Notes: generated from the letters alone by a model not told the origin. Counted from the first letter of the stretch, positions 19,838 to 35,800 are shown. The stretch is DNA of 64,000 nucleotides from Eledone cirrhosa (GCA_964016885.1 OZ024740.1:386012001-386076000); one strand, 5' to 3'. Numbers and translations: made by a program.

Positions 19838-20025
19838 TTGTTGGACTGGCAAATTCGGACAAAGTGCTTTGCCACTGTTAGTCATTTTTCTGTTTTCTGA
19901 GTTCAGTTTGTGTGACGATCAGCATTGCCTTTCATTCTTATGGGGTTGACAAAATAAATTACCAAGTTGATATAATCAACTATACTCCTCCATTACAATT
20001 TGAGGCTTTGTGCCTATGTAATAAA
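19838..20025 (+). mobile_element. Degenerate SINE copy
   Basis: ctgagttca...gcctttcattcttatggggttgacaaaataaattacca...gctttgtgcctatg. Confidence 0.55.
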
Positions 20026-20723
20026 TCATGATTTATTATAGAATGTGAAGCACAGCAGATGGCTGACATGGAGGAGTGCCTTTAAGGGTCAACTTTGACT
20101 TTCCTTATTCTGGGGTTGATATAATAAACATCAGTCATGCACTGAGGTTGATTCAATTGATTATGTCTCTCTTACAAAATGGTGGCCATGGGCCAATGTT
20201 ATAAGTTATTATTGTGGCATGATAAATGCTAGGAAAGTTCTTGACAATTCAACTGTCTGAACCTGGGTCTTCCCAGTTGGAACAGTTTCATTTCTGATGC
20301 TTTTTTTTTTTTTGTTTTTTTTTTTGACAACAGCATAAAGAGCACAACTTCCAATATACTATGGCTTTATTCCCCCGAGGAAAAAAAAAATCTAATATAG
20401 TCATTACATTTTCTTTTACAGTATTTAAAATTTATGAACAAATTGTTTTATTCCTCATATGACCCAAAATGTAATTCAATATATTGGAAAAGTGTGTGCA
20501 TGTGTGAATGTGAGAGAGAGAAAATAGGAAGAGGGTAGATGAAAAAGAATATAGGGAAATAAATCAAAGAATATCTGATCTCTTTGTGGGATTTCAATGA
20601 AACCCCTCTCAAGAAATAGGGAGCCTATATGGTCACTTGGCTAGCTAAAAATAGCAGCTAATTCTCCCTCAAGTGACATTTTACCATTCTGAAAAATATA
20701 TGAAAACATTCAACAATGTAGTC

Positions 20724-23105
<2,382 letters not shown>

Positions 23106-24837
23106 TACACACCACAACACAGCATGATCACAAATGCAATGCCTTAGATCACAGGTTTGCTTAATAAGAGATGACCTGGAAACTAAGGAATAACAGTAAC
23201 AAAATAATAATAAAATTCAATAAAACCTTATTTAGTTCAACTGTGATCATCTTCTGTTTCTGTTTTTGGTTGTGAAAAAAGAAATAGGATTATTCACACC
23301 ATTTTCCCACCCAGTGTCATTCTCCCCACCAACCACCATAAAATGAAAACAAAGAACAATACAATATCCTGACCAACAGACTATTCATTCAAATAACAAC
23401 AATAATAATACAATATAAAAACAAGAAAATACAGAAGCAGTTTAAATTTTATTTGTAATGCTAAAATTGTTTTCAACATAAAATCCTTCTTCCATTCTTG
23501 GTATCATGCTTTTTTTAAAAGAATCATTTTTTTTTTCCTGCTGTGAAATTAGTTTTGAAACTTAACAATAAAAATCACATTTTCAAAATGTTTTAGTTTT
23601 TATTTTTTCTTTCTTCTGTTTTACATATTTTAAACTTTATTTTCTTATTTTACTATTATTATTTTTTCCATTACTGCTAATGTTTGGATGGTTCTTATCC
23701 ATTTATGTAATTGCATATGTAGTGTCATCTATCATTTGCATCTAAATTCTCTTTCTAATCATTTGATGGTAAAGTTGCAGTAAAATCTATTCTTTGCTGC
23801 TAGATAATAAAAAAAATACAAAAACTATATGTGATGAAAAGATCGTTATTGAAATCTTATGAAACAGCCTAATATATATTTTCTTTTATGGAGTTGGGGT
23901 GCTGAAGGAAAGGAATGTGTCCATAGACTTCACAGACCCTCTAATACTGGAGAAATTGTTGTGCCTAAGGTTTCTATTGTATAGTTGCAAGATAATGGCT
24001 GCATGAAAAACATGTACATGGCAGAAATTTCAGAAAGCCAATGTTCTTGGAAGGAAGAATTGAGCATAATGGATAATGAAAGGACTGATGAAGGGCACAA
24101 TATGATTGACAAGAAGAGAGGTGAGTAAATTGTAAGTGTCTGGATGGACATAGCATGAGAACAGTTAGCTTTTGAGATTAGAGAAGAGTATAGTTGTGTT
24201 AGAGAAAAGCAGTTATCTGTGGACCAAAAGTGGGAAGGGGCTTCTTAACAACTTCATGCCAATCAATCAGATTGCCTTTCTTTGGATTCAACCTAGGATG
24301 TCTGAATGTTTCAGAAACACTGACACAGATATGAGGATAGTATTCCTTTGTAGGTTTTACCAGAGCTTTATAGAGGGTTAATAGTTGTTGGGTAATTAAG
24401 TATTTTCTAACTATGAAGAGAAAAGATAGATTTTGCTACTCTGCAGGTGTGTGTTAACCAGAAAAGATCCTCATTCTGAAGCCTAGTATTTGTAGTGACT
24501 TTGGTGGTTTGATTGGTCCTTTTAGTTGTGTAATTGGAATTGTATCATTTATATTTGTTGAAAATCCTTTTGGGCAGTACTATAACAAAGCATTAACAAT
24601 GTCAGGTTACATGAGGAAAAAAATCCGAGAGGTTTGGAATTGTAAGACCATAAACTAGAGAGGTACACTTAAATTATGACAGTAACCTAGAATCAGAGCA
24701 TAAGATGGATAAAAACCAAAGATTAGAAATTTATAAAATAGGTAACTCCTGCAATAAGAAATATGTCTAGCCCATGCTACAACTATGTGGGAGAGCATAG
24801 ATATTTCTAATTAAGTCATAAGGCCAGCTATATAAGA

Positions 24838-24975
24838 GAAGGGATAAGTCAATTATATCAACCTCAGTACTTGACTGCTACTTTATTTTACCGACTCCGG
24901 AAGGATGAAAGACAAATTTGATCATAGTGGGATTTGAACTCAGAACTTGAAGACCCAGAATAAATACTTCAAAGC
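24838..24975 (-). mobile_element. Degenerate SINE copy
   Basis: Reverse complement of the SINE core (ctttattttaccgactccggaaggatgaaag...gggatttgaactcagaac). Confidence 0.6.
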
Positions 24976-25083
24976 AGTTAAACACTAAGGATCTATATAT
25001 GCCAACCTAAAAATAAATTAAATGGAGCAATACTCTATGGTATAATCCTCCATTCGGAATCCAGGTATATATATATATATATA

Positions 25084-26305
25084 TCATCATCATCATCATC
25101 ACCGTTTTACATCCGTTCTTCCATGCTAGCATGGGTTAGACGGGTTTTCCTGTTGTGGGAAGTGTCCGGTCAGCTGACCATGCCTTGCTCATATGGGAAC
25201 TGATTCTGGCTTGATTTCTACAGCTGGATGCCCTTCCTAAAACCAACCTCATTTACAGTGAGTGCTGGGTGCTTTTTTTTCGTGGCGCCTACACGTCCAT
25301 TTTACAGTGAGTGCTGGGTGCTTTTTTTACGTGGCACCTACACGTCCACTTTACAGTGTGGGCTGGGTGTTTTTTTTGCCGTGACACCTCCATGACCACT
25401 TTGCAGTGGGAGGGTGTGGGGGCTTATTGTCTATATGCTTCAGCTTCAGCTTATACCCGTCTTCTGTATTACTGCATGACGCCACCGTTCACGGTCGTGC
25501 GTCATCGCCTTTGAGATGTGTAATTGAGTAAGGTCGGCTTTTATCACCTCATCCCAGGTCTTCTTGGGTCTCCCCCCTCCGTGATTTCCATCGACTTCTA
25601 GTGATCTGCACCTTTTTATGCAGCTGTCATCCTTTATACGCATCACACGTCCATACCAACGCAACCTCCTCTCCTGCACACAGCATTTGATTCCTCTTAT
25701 GATCAGTCTCTCTCTCTCAATTAATTCATTTATGCTTTGCCGTTCGCATATATTACTATTACACATCCATCGGAGCATGCAGGCTTCGTTTCTTTCTAAT
25801 CTATGCAAGTCTTCCACAGACAGCGCCCATGTCTCACTACCATGTAACATTGCTGTTCGTATACACGCATCATACAATCTGCCTTTCATTTTGAGGGAAA
25901 AGCCTTTTGCAGCTAGCAGTGGCAGTAGCTCCCTGAACTTCTTCCATCCCGTTCTTACCCTAGTTATTGTACTTTCCGAACACCCACCTCCACTGCTAAT
26001 TCGGTCACCTAGGTAGCAGAAGCTGTCTACTGTTTCTACAGAGCCCTCCCAGAGTTTGGTGGTAGTTGTTTCCTGTGGCTGTTTGCTGCTTTCTGTCACA
26101 GCACAGCTGCTACATGTGCAGCCTACATTCTTAGTTAAGCTTCCTCAGATCCCACCACATCTCTTGTCTACCCATTGTTTGCATTTGGGGCAGAGAATGG
26201 AGTTCCTACCTACACTTTTCCTACATACTGAGCAAGACCATTTCCCTGAGGGGATCTGGGTTGTTTTCTCGTCTACTTACAAGGACCTTAGTCTTTGTCA
26301 GGTTG

Positions 26306-26308
<3 letters not shown>
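25084..26308 (-). mobile_element. 5'-truncated RTE-clade LINE (RT C-terminus, PHD-like finger, 3'UTR, (ATG)n tail)
   Basis: ORF 25446-26099 has FCYLG, MLHGSETWA, RLRWYGRVMR and GRPKKTW. The 3'UTR has ~46-bp tandem repeats (25250-25410) and a (CAT)n tail at 25084. Both ends abut (TA)n. Confidence 0.9.
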
Positions 26309-26348
<40 letters not shown>

Positions 26349-27223
26349 TAGCTGAATGACCCACTGTTGCCCAGGTTACTGCTGCTCTTATTCAGAATAG
26401 TAAACAATAAATATGAAATATGAAATATTTTCTCATGATTATTTCAAAATATCTATATTTTATTTTTTTTAAATATCAAAATTGTAATGATAATAGAATT
26501 TAGAAATGAAAATCTGTCAATCTTGAAGAATCTCAGGGTAAACAATATTCATTGTGTAATTTTTTGTTGGTGTCCAAATGAATAAATTGTTGCTGCTTCT
26601 AACTCATGAGCTACTAGCATAGAGTTGACATGTAGTAGAGAGATCATGTAGTAGAGAGATCAAGTCCAACTACCTTGGGGGATTGAGCCTGAGATTTGTT
26701 AATTGGAATAACAAAACTTAGTTTGACTGGAAACTGAAGCCTCTTAAATTCAAATGAAGCAGTTGTAGGTATGAGAGGAATTTTTAGGATAAAGACATTT
26801 TGTTTTTAACATTGTAAACAAATAAGTATCAACATCCAAAAGAAATAAATATTAATTATTATTTTTGTATGCAGTTTTTGTATTATTTTTGTAACCAAAT
26901 ATAAGCAAATGTATTAACTGCTAATTTCAGAATACACTCACACAAACATACACTTATAAAAAAACACACAGACATACATTCATGCAAACACACACAGTTT
27001 CACTCCTAGCGTTTCGTTATGTCAGTCGTCACAGAAATGTATGTATATGCACACACACATACACTCTCACATACACTCATACACATATACTTGTCAGTCA
27101 TCACATGTGTAGTGTGTATGTGTAGATGTGTGTGTGTTTCATTCTCTGTGTATTTGATTATATACTTACGTGAAGATGTGTGTGTATGTAACTTACTAAG
27201 GCCTAACGTATGTAACGAACGCA

Positions 27224-27259
<36 letters not shown>

Positions 27260-27319
27260 CATATACAACATGTGACATCGTCGTCGTGTTATAAAATGTC
27301 CATTTATTATAGTTGACTA

Positions 27320-28413
27320 CTAGCAGTGTATCCCGGCGTTGCACGGGTAAGAACATTGGTAATAGCACCTCCAATGAGAAACGTTTATTTGTGAGTGCCT
27401 GTTAAAAACTCACGAAAATACACCGACAGGAAACTTGTTTTATTTGGAGAAAATTAAGAAGTTGAAAGTACAGTTTAGCTGTCTACGTGCATTGTTCATA
27501 GAAATATTGTTGAGCCCCTTCTTTTCATACTCCTGTTTTGGTCTTTTGGAGTAAATGTGAAAAAGAAAGTCACAGGTTAAGTTGGCAGAAGGTTCCAGTG
27601 TCATAGTAGTAAGGCGTAGGCTACTTACCTCAAAAGTTCATTCTCACTCTTTCCACTAAGTTACTCTTTCTCTCTATCCCTCTCGGTGAAGTCCCTTGCG
27701 AATTTCTCGCGTAGGCCTGGTCTAGATTTGCACCCGATTCATCTGCCCGATGCACATGTCCGCTTTGTATGGCTTTTGGAGGAAGGAATGACCAGCAGTA
27801 CGTTGTTCGGTGTTATTACAAAAAGGTGCAGCAGAGAATGCCGCGGGAACTAACAGCTCGGGGGGAAACTGCTTACCTCGAAGATTCATTTGCCATCGTT
27901 CTTGTCAATGCTCCGTTTAGTTGGTATTTGTTGGTCTACAGTTAGATGAATAGCGCACAAGGGGTTAATGTTTATTGGCAAGAAGTGCAACTGGGCTGAC
28001 TTGCCTCGCTTATATTATATATTGAAATAACAAATTAAAGTTTAAGCAAAGAATCGCTGCTTTCACCCTTAACGGGATTTTCTGAAACTAAAAAAATCAA
28101 TCTGTGAACGCAGAAGTGAAGATTTCGAAAAACGTTGCAACAGGAAGACGATACTTTGGCAATGAACGGAAAATAGCGAACATATACGTCATCAATGTTT
28201 GTCAGAATGTCGTAATGCAGACAGCTGGGCATACAGACAGATATTATAAGGGCGCGACGGAGATGGATAACCGGCGCCTAACACCCCTTTAACAACAGAA
28301 AATTGAAAAATAAAAGCTGCAGTTAACATCTTTAGACCGCAAGGAATATATAAATGCAAGTTTGAAGTCAATCGGAGTAAAAATGTGGATTTGTATAGAC
28401 TTTACAAAAATGA

Positions 28414-28495
<82 letters not shown>

Positions 28496-28520
28496 CAACA
28501 GTTTTATACATATGTATAGA
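27320..28520 (-). mobile_element. Non-autonomous Helitron-like element
   Basis: Minus strand starts TCTATACATATGTATAAAACTG, contains (TG)n, and ends with hairpin cccgtgcaacgccggg followed by CTAG|t. Shares internal sequence with 59730-60560. Confidence 0.75.
28039..28089 (-). ncRNA. Degenerate hammerhead-like motif, A4 family
   Basis: agttt CAGAAAA t ccc gttaa ggg t GAAA gca..tgc TT aaact; G8 is also changed in this copy. Confidence 0.4.
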
Positions 28521-28692
28521 TAGATAGTAGAAAATTTCAAATAAATGTTATATTGTTTAAATCCAAATGAAAATAAAAATTACATGTTGTTAATCCCGGG
28601 GTCTAATACTATTACCTTGTAAAATTTGATTTGATTTGGTCAAGGCGTTTGAGGGCGCATAAGGAAAAGACAGACAGAGCGACAAAGAATGT

Positions 28693-28744
<52 letters not shown>

Positions 28745-28993
28745 CGCAAGCACAAACGCTAAAATAGTTCGGCATACGAACTCATGTCATAGAAAACAGG
28801 CCAACGAGGAGAGTGCATATGCCCTACCATCTAAAAAAAGACATATTAGAGGAGAAATGGCGAAAATAGAGCACCTTATGATAAGGGTTGGTCTAATGCA
28901 ACAATTACAACATCAGCTACAAAATAATGAGCTACATCGTTAAACGGGATGAACTACAGCTGTGCACTATGGTTAAATGGATATTACATAAAT

Positions 28994-29570
28994 AAATATT
29001 TGAAAAATCTCCTCAAGAAAGGCAAAAGTTTAACGGGCAAAAAAAATATATAAATAAAAGTAATGCAAGAGATATATAAAAATAAAATAAGGAAATATAG
29101 TTAGGGTATGTGTATAAATGTGTGTATATTCACTCACAAGTGTACATATGTGTGTATGTACAAATGCATGTGTATAGTGAAAAAATGTGTGCGTGTGTGT
29201 GTGTTTATACGCGTGCTTTCAATACTTGTATGTGTATATATTTCAATCCTTAATACCTGAGTCTGGATGTACTTTTACTCTATTATCTTACAATTTCTTT
29301 TTCAACATATATTATATACGTATTTGTGATCACACATACACTGATATTCTTTCCCTCATATATGTACTTACGCACACTTTTTTTCACTATACACATGCAT
29401 TTGTACATACACACATATGTACATTTGTAAGTGAATATACACACATTTATACACATACCCTAACTATATTTCCTTATTGTATTTTTATATATCTCTTGCA
29501 TTACTTTTATTTATATATTTTTTTTGCCCGTTAAACTTTTGCCTTTCTTGAGGAGATTTTTCAAATATTT
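28994..29570. repeat. Inverted repeat with ~200-bp arms (28994-29192 / 29371-29570), immediately upstream of a hammerhead-like motif
   Basis: aaatatttgaaaaatctcctcaagaaaggc... pairs with ...gcctttcttgaggagatttttcaaatattt. Confidence 0.9.
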
Positions 29571-29584
29571 CACTGTCTTAAATT

Positions 29585-29654
29585 GCCTTGTCCGACGAAC
29601 GAATGAGGACGTTTCTTGTATTCGTCTTATTCGGGAAACCTCTGGTAATGAGGT
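29585..29654 (+). ncRNA. Type I hammerhead-like motif, variant core CCGACGA
   Basis: Stem I gccttgt/atgaggt; CCGACGA; stem II cgaatgaggacg/cgtcttattcg with A.G at its base; GAAA cctctgg TA. Confidence 0.6.
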
Positions 29655-29671
29655 AATTATATTGTATTGTT

Positions 29672-29758
<87 letters not shown>

Positions 29759-29768
29759 TGTGTGTGTA

Positions 29769-29800
<32 letters not shown>

Positions 29801-30551
29801 TGTGTGTAAGTTCCTGGCTTTACGGATATCGCGAGGCCTGGTTGGAGGCCCAATCTTCCGAGTTCTTTTTCACAAGGCTTAGAAAAAACTGAAGGACAGC
29901 TGCAATAAGCTTGTGAATCTGAGAGGAGAATATGTTGAATAAAAAAATAATTAACTGATCCTCCTGTATTTTCTTTTACCAAAACTCAGGACTTTTCAGC
30001 AACCCCTAGTGTGTGTGTAATTATTTTACGTTTTGTTTTTCTTTTTTTTTTCGTCCTTTGTCTTGTCCTTTTTTTTGTTTTGTTAATTTTCTTAAGTTTA
30101 TCTACTAATGTGGTGAACGTGTTTTTCTCTTCTTCCACATTTATTGTAATGGCTTACATTTTTTAACACGACATCTTCCTGTTTTTTTCTTCTTTTCTTC
30201 TTTATTCTTTGTTTCCCTCATGTTTCACGTGTTCTATGAGGCACCAGTCATTTTCCCTAACGTCACATAAAATTGCATGTTTTGTAGCTCAACGGCTATA
30301 AATTTCGATTCGTCTTTCGTCTCTTACTCTTTTGGACAGCGTTTAGCTTAAGTCAGACGCTGTCATCACGGATGGGCCAGAAGTAACGTTGGTAGGGGTC
30401 GAAACTGCCCAAGTCCATCGCAACGGCTGATGACCATGGAGTTCTGTGTCCTTCGTCTGTATATTTATTTATTTTTTTAATTGTTTTTCGTTGTTTTGTT
30501 TTCGTTCCTTGTCTTGTCCTTAGTTAATTTTCTTAAGTTATATATATATAT

Positions 30552-31741
30552 ACAGGGTGTATATAATTGTATGCCAATTTTTTTTACTTCCGTTGTCACT
30601 CTTGTCTTCATAAAAACAGTGACTATATTTCCATTATTTATTTTCAGAATAATTGATTATGAATAATTTTGAACTTCCAAATTTGTGGAAGAGAAACGGA
30701 GTTCTTCTTGGAATCCGCGCCGGGAGGACAAATAAGGAAATTTCAGACTTTCTCAGCGTCAGCAGGAGAATGGTGGAAAGGGTCATAAAGGAATTGGAAG
30801 ATTCAGGATTCGACTACGAAGCAACATCAGAGAGGAAAACACATGAACGACGATCTGACGCCTTCAGAACGCCCGAGTTCGTCGCTGAAGTTCAGGATAT
30901 CATCAACAATGAACCTAGCAAGTCGATGCGTGCCATTGCAAGGGAGAAAGGCGTGGATGAAAAGCTCATTAAACTGGTGGTACATGAAGACATTCGCTAC
31001 GTTTCATACAAGATGAGAAAAGGACAATTTCTGTCAAAGGCGATGCAAGAAAAGCGACTGAAGCACGCAAAGAAGCTGATTAACAAGTTGAAACACCCAC
31101 TGGAGCCAGGCATGCTGTGGTTTTTCTCCGACGAGAAAAACTTCTGCCAAGATCAGAAGATCAACTCCCAGAACAACAGGTGGCTCGCTGTCTCATCCAA
31201 AGACGTGCCCAGAGTCATGCAGACAAAGTTTCCAGTGACAACATTGGTCTTACGTGTCGTCAGCAGTCAAGGTGACGTCATGCACCTCATTTCTTCCCTG
31301 AGGGCCTCAAGCTGAACACCGATGGCTACATCCGCGTTCTGAGCGAAGTAGTAAAGCTCTGGATCGACCAGGTAGCTGCAGGTAGGCCGTACGTGTGGCA
31401 GCAAGTCTCAGCGCCCTGCCATACCAACCGAAAGACCCAAGCCTGGCTGTCAGACAACTTCGTCGACCACACTTCACCTGGCATCTGGCCTCCCAGCTCG
31501 CCTGACTGCAACCCCCTCGACTTATTTGTGTGTGGCGCAGTGGAACGAGACACCAACAGATCTAGCTGCAATACGAAAGACGATCTGAAGGCCAGGATCA
31601 CAAGTGCCTTTAGGGGCCTAATTCGGGGGACAGTGACGAAGGCCTGTAGCCGGTTCCGAGGCCGCCTTGAGGCCGTCATCAAAGCCAATGGCAGTTTTAT
31701 CGAGTGAGATCGAAAAAACAAGTCATGAAGACAAACTGACC
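30552..31741 (+). mobile_element. Tc1/mariner-superfamily DNA transposon, DD37D (maT-type), inactivated
   Basis: TA|CAGGGTG start; transposase 30653-31707 split by a frameshift, with WFFSDEKNF, WQQ(V)SAPCH and WPPSSPDCNPLD; 37 residues lie between the second and third catalytic positions. Right TIR not found. Confidence 0.88.
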
Positions 31742-31803
31742 CAAGTTTGATAAATATATCTTAAAAACTAAAACTAACGACGTTATTTATAAAACAAATT
31801 TTG

Positions 31804-31868
31804 TATTTTATCTGATGAAAGCGCACCAAGATTGGCTTGGTCGCCCTTGAAATATATATAATAAAATA
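31804..31868 (+). ncRNA. Minimal type I hammerhead ribozyme (Penelope pLTR-like)
   Basis: Stem I tattttat/ataaaata (8 bp); CTGATGA; stem II around accaag/cttggt; GAAA tatata TA (palindromic stem III). Predicted cleavage after 31860. Confidence 0.8.
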
Positions 31869-32318
31869 AATATGGTTTTATAAATATAGTTTCCATTTCT
31901 TAATATCTTGGAATATTTACTCCAGTGTACTGTTGAGTGCTCTATATTAGTTATAAACATTTATGTTTTTCGGAATTCCAACAAATTAAATATAACTTCT
32001 ACATATATATATATGGTGGAAGCACTTCTGAATTGGGAGGGCCAAATTTGGACAATTTAGTTGTAGAGATTAGTTTAGTTCTTTGCACTATAAAATGGTC
32101 AAACAACTTCGATATGGGATAAACATAACATGTACATAAATTATAGCGCATATTCAAATAGATATGCATTTTGGTAGTTTGGGGGGAAATATAATTATTG
32201 GAGGGAGGCATGCTTTCACTGCCACTGTATATATATAATTAAAAAAATTATGCTCTGTACCCTTTCCTAAGGGTTAATATATCGAGCTTCTTCGCATGGT
32301 ATTATAGTAAATGTATTC

Positions 32319-32443
<125 letters not shown>

Positions 32444-32513
32444 CATTCATTTATGGCTATTGGTGAGCTTTATTGCTCTAAAGTTTCACCTGCGCACTTA
32501 CAGGATCACCAGT

Positions 32514-32560
32514 CTTGTCTGATGATCCTGTGTACGCAAGTGAGACTCCGGAGTAACAAG
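32514..32560 (+). ncRNA. Hammerhead-like motif in a small foldback (32445-32582)
   Basis: Stem I cttgt/acaag; CTGATGA; GAGA in place of GAAA; palindromic ctccggag; TA. A diverged opposite-strand copy at ~32465-32512 keeps GAAA but reads CTGGTGA. Confidence 0.6.
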
Positions 32561-32689
32561 GCTTAGCCATAATAAATGAATATTTAAAATCTACTTCGGT
32601 ATTTAGTTTTTACTCTTACGTCCGTCAATCATTCACGTACTCTCAGGTCTTGAATAATCATCCCCACTCCCGCTTTTTAATTTGTCAGA

Positions 32690-32830
32690 TCCCCTCCCCG
32701 GTTTCTATATCTACTACACGATACTCTCCCATATCCATCTCTGTATATTTACTACCACCAAATTCTCCCCCTCTCTGTATCTACTACAGGGTACTCTCTT
32801 CCAATCCCCGCTCTCTATATCAATTACCAC
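32690..32830. repeat. Pyrimidine-rich minisatellite, left flank of the Tx1 element
   Basis: Units such as accaccaaattctccccctctctgtatctactaca, the same as at 37775-38330. Confidence 0.75.
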
Positions 32831-35800
32831 TTGATATAGACGTGATTTACTTCGCTCCGGATTTTTACGGATTATTGTCAAAAGAACTGTGAGTTTATTG
32901 CTCAATTTAATAACATTGTTTAGTTTAACCCCTTGCCTGGGCCGTCAGACGTTGAGTCAACTAATTTTCGCCCCTTTCTGGGGCGAAATTTTCAATTTTC
33001 ATCTCAGAACTGTAGACTTGGTGGCAATGGATGCCATTTCCACCTCGCACACTGTCGTGAGTGCCACGCCCACTAAGAAAAGTGGTGGAGGAAAGGTAGG
33101 AGTACAAAGCTTGCAGCCTCCCCCCCCCCCTCGCATCATCGAAAAACGTTAAAAATATCGAAACCACGAAACCAAACCCGGTAAATAATACCAGCACCAA
33201 CAACAAGAACAATGACAATAACACCACAACCAACAACAAGAACAATGACAATAACACCACAACCAACAACTGCAACAATAGCAACACCAAGGAAAACATG
33301 AACAATATTACCAACAGTGACAGCAACAAAAAAGACAACAACACCAAAACAACATTCGCACAGACTGTAAAAAAAACGAACTATACACGCCAATAGACAT
33401 AACAAATGTTAAACAACTATTACAAGACGCAAAACAATTCGTGACTTTTGGCGAAAACAGTGCTTTTAGCATCAATTCTCCACAGGAATTACGTAGAGAG
33501 GCTGTCCTGAAAACTGTGGTTTTCAGGACAATATCGAACGAAACAAGAAAACCAGCTCAATTATCACAAAATGAAATTGAGCTGGTTCTAAAAGATGCAA
33601 TGAAGGACTTAACCTTCATACAAAAAGGTAAACTGTTTGGTAGCATTTCGGTGCTAATGAACAACCAGTCAACAGCTCAAAAGTACTCGGTATCGCCCAT
33701 TGTGTCCCCCCGCTTCACCTTTTTCCCCACATACAGGGGAAAAAGGACACAAAAATAAAAATAATGAGTATCACACCAAATGTAAATATTTGGTGGATAC
33801 TATGTGGAATCATTAACTTTGACGAAGACAAGATAATTTCAATAGGAAAGTCCTCCGGAGGTGTATTTGGTGGGACCACCGTAGAAGTTCTGGTGCAAAT
33901 GAGCCCAGAACGAATAGCGAATATCCCACAACGCGTGCCTCTGGACGGGCTAACTTATATACACATTTCAGTGGAGGGAAGGCGGCCGTCATGTTACCAC
34001 TGCTTAAGCAGGGGTCACCCGAGGGCTTCCTGTCCTGAATTAACGAGTAAAAAAAAAAGGCTCTTCTGCCAACCCCGAACACAACAACACAACCACCACC
34101 ACCACCACCACAACAACAACAACAACAACCACAACACGGAAAAATAACAACACAAAACACTGTTCCACCCAACCCCTCCCCAGCTAAAACAATTACAAAA
34201 GCAACCACAACAAAACCCCAAAATATACCCCTCCTCAACAACACGGAAGAGGACTCCGTATCAACGTTACCCAGTGACGACGAGGGAGAACCCTTTCAAC
34301 AGGTGAAAAGGAAAAAAAAAGGCACCACATTAACAAAAATGCCACAAACACACAACCACAAGCACAAACAGAACAAACATCACAAATTAAAAAAACCACC
34401 TCTCCCCTAAACATAACACGCACTACAAAACGCAAACACGCACAAGAACAACAAACAAAAACAAATACAACACAACAAAAACTCTATACATACATTAACA
34501 AGAACAATAAAACGTTGATGAAAGCGATAGAAAATAACCCTTCGGTGGAAGCCGAAGGGATCACTTTCACCTACGCAGCGAACAAACCGCACCTAATGAT
34601 GATTAGGGTCCCAACGGAAACCTATGTAACTTTGAAAAAGAACCATCCAATGAGTGTGGCGACCAACTACACCAAACCACATAACAGCGTCCTATTGAGA
34701 TGTTTCCCCACCCCCACAACAGACACCCACACCCCACCACACACTGATGTCCTCACCCCACCACAAACCACCACCCCACCAAACAACCCTTCCAACACCC
34801 CCATGGAATTTGTACAGCCTGGTCCCCAGGAGACGAAGAGGTAAGTAATTTCCTTTCCTCTTCCTTTTTAACTCTTCAGCACCAACATGGCCAATATAAG
34901 AGTTGGATCTGTGAATGCACGCGGCTTGGGGATGTCCTGGAAACAGGGAAAACTCTTAAATGACATCAGGTCGCACAGAGTGGATGTAATGGTTATTTGC
35001 GAGTCCAGGATCAGCAGCGAGCGCCAACTGGCCCCCATCTTCGACGACTTTGAGATCTACGCATCCCTCTGTCAGCCGAGGGGTGGGGGTGGGGTTGTCG
35101 TTCTGCTACGAAAATACCTGGGTCTTGCCACACGGAAGGTACACCTGGACCCGGAGGGTCGACTGGTGGTTTTAGACGTCAGCAGTGGTGAAGGTGGAGC
35201 TTTCAGGCTGGTGACAGCGTATGCCCCATCTGGGACACCGCGACCGGACTTCTTCCGACGCCTGGAAAATTTCCTGGGAACGTCTCGCTCCTTGCTTTTA
35301 GTGGGGGACTGGGCGGGCCGGGTGGGGCCATGGATTTCGGTCCATACCTCGACAGTCTGGCGCGGCTCTCGGACGGGGAGGCGAAGTCCTGCGAGAGGCC
35401 GATTTCAGCCGCTGAAATAGGGGAAGCGATGAGCCAATGCGGCAAACGCAAATCTCCGGGTCTCGATGGTCTACCAAACGAACTTTATGTAGCGATGCCG
35501 GGCTTGTTCTCCGGTCTCCTCGAGGCAGTCTACTTCAACTGGCAACAGAACGGGAGAATTCCCAGTTCTGTGACCAAGGGCGTAGTCACGCTGGTGAGGA
35601 AGGACGAGAACAAGGGGGATGACATAGATAACTTCAGGCCCATAACTCTGCTGAACACAGAATTAAAGATTTTGGCCAAGGTGTTAGCGAAGAGGTTGGC
35701 GCTTGTCGTCGGGAACCTGGTGGGAGAAGCGCAGACATGTGCAATCCCGTCCAGGTCCATACACGACAACCTCCACCTCATGCGATACATCGTAGAGAGG

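Noticed and set aside
25250-25410. ~46-bp tandem repeats
   Set aside because: Part of the LINE 3'UTR, not an independent system.
26348-26380. Helitron-like 3' end on the minus strand (ctag...cccactgttgcccagg)
   Set aside because: Hairpin is degenerate and no matching 5' end could be located.
32013-32227. Possible hAT-like MITE ending gccactg
   Set aside because: Left terminus too degenerate and no TSD to support a call.
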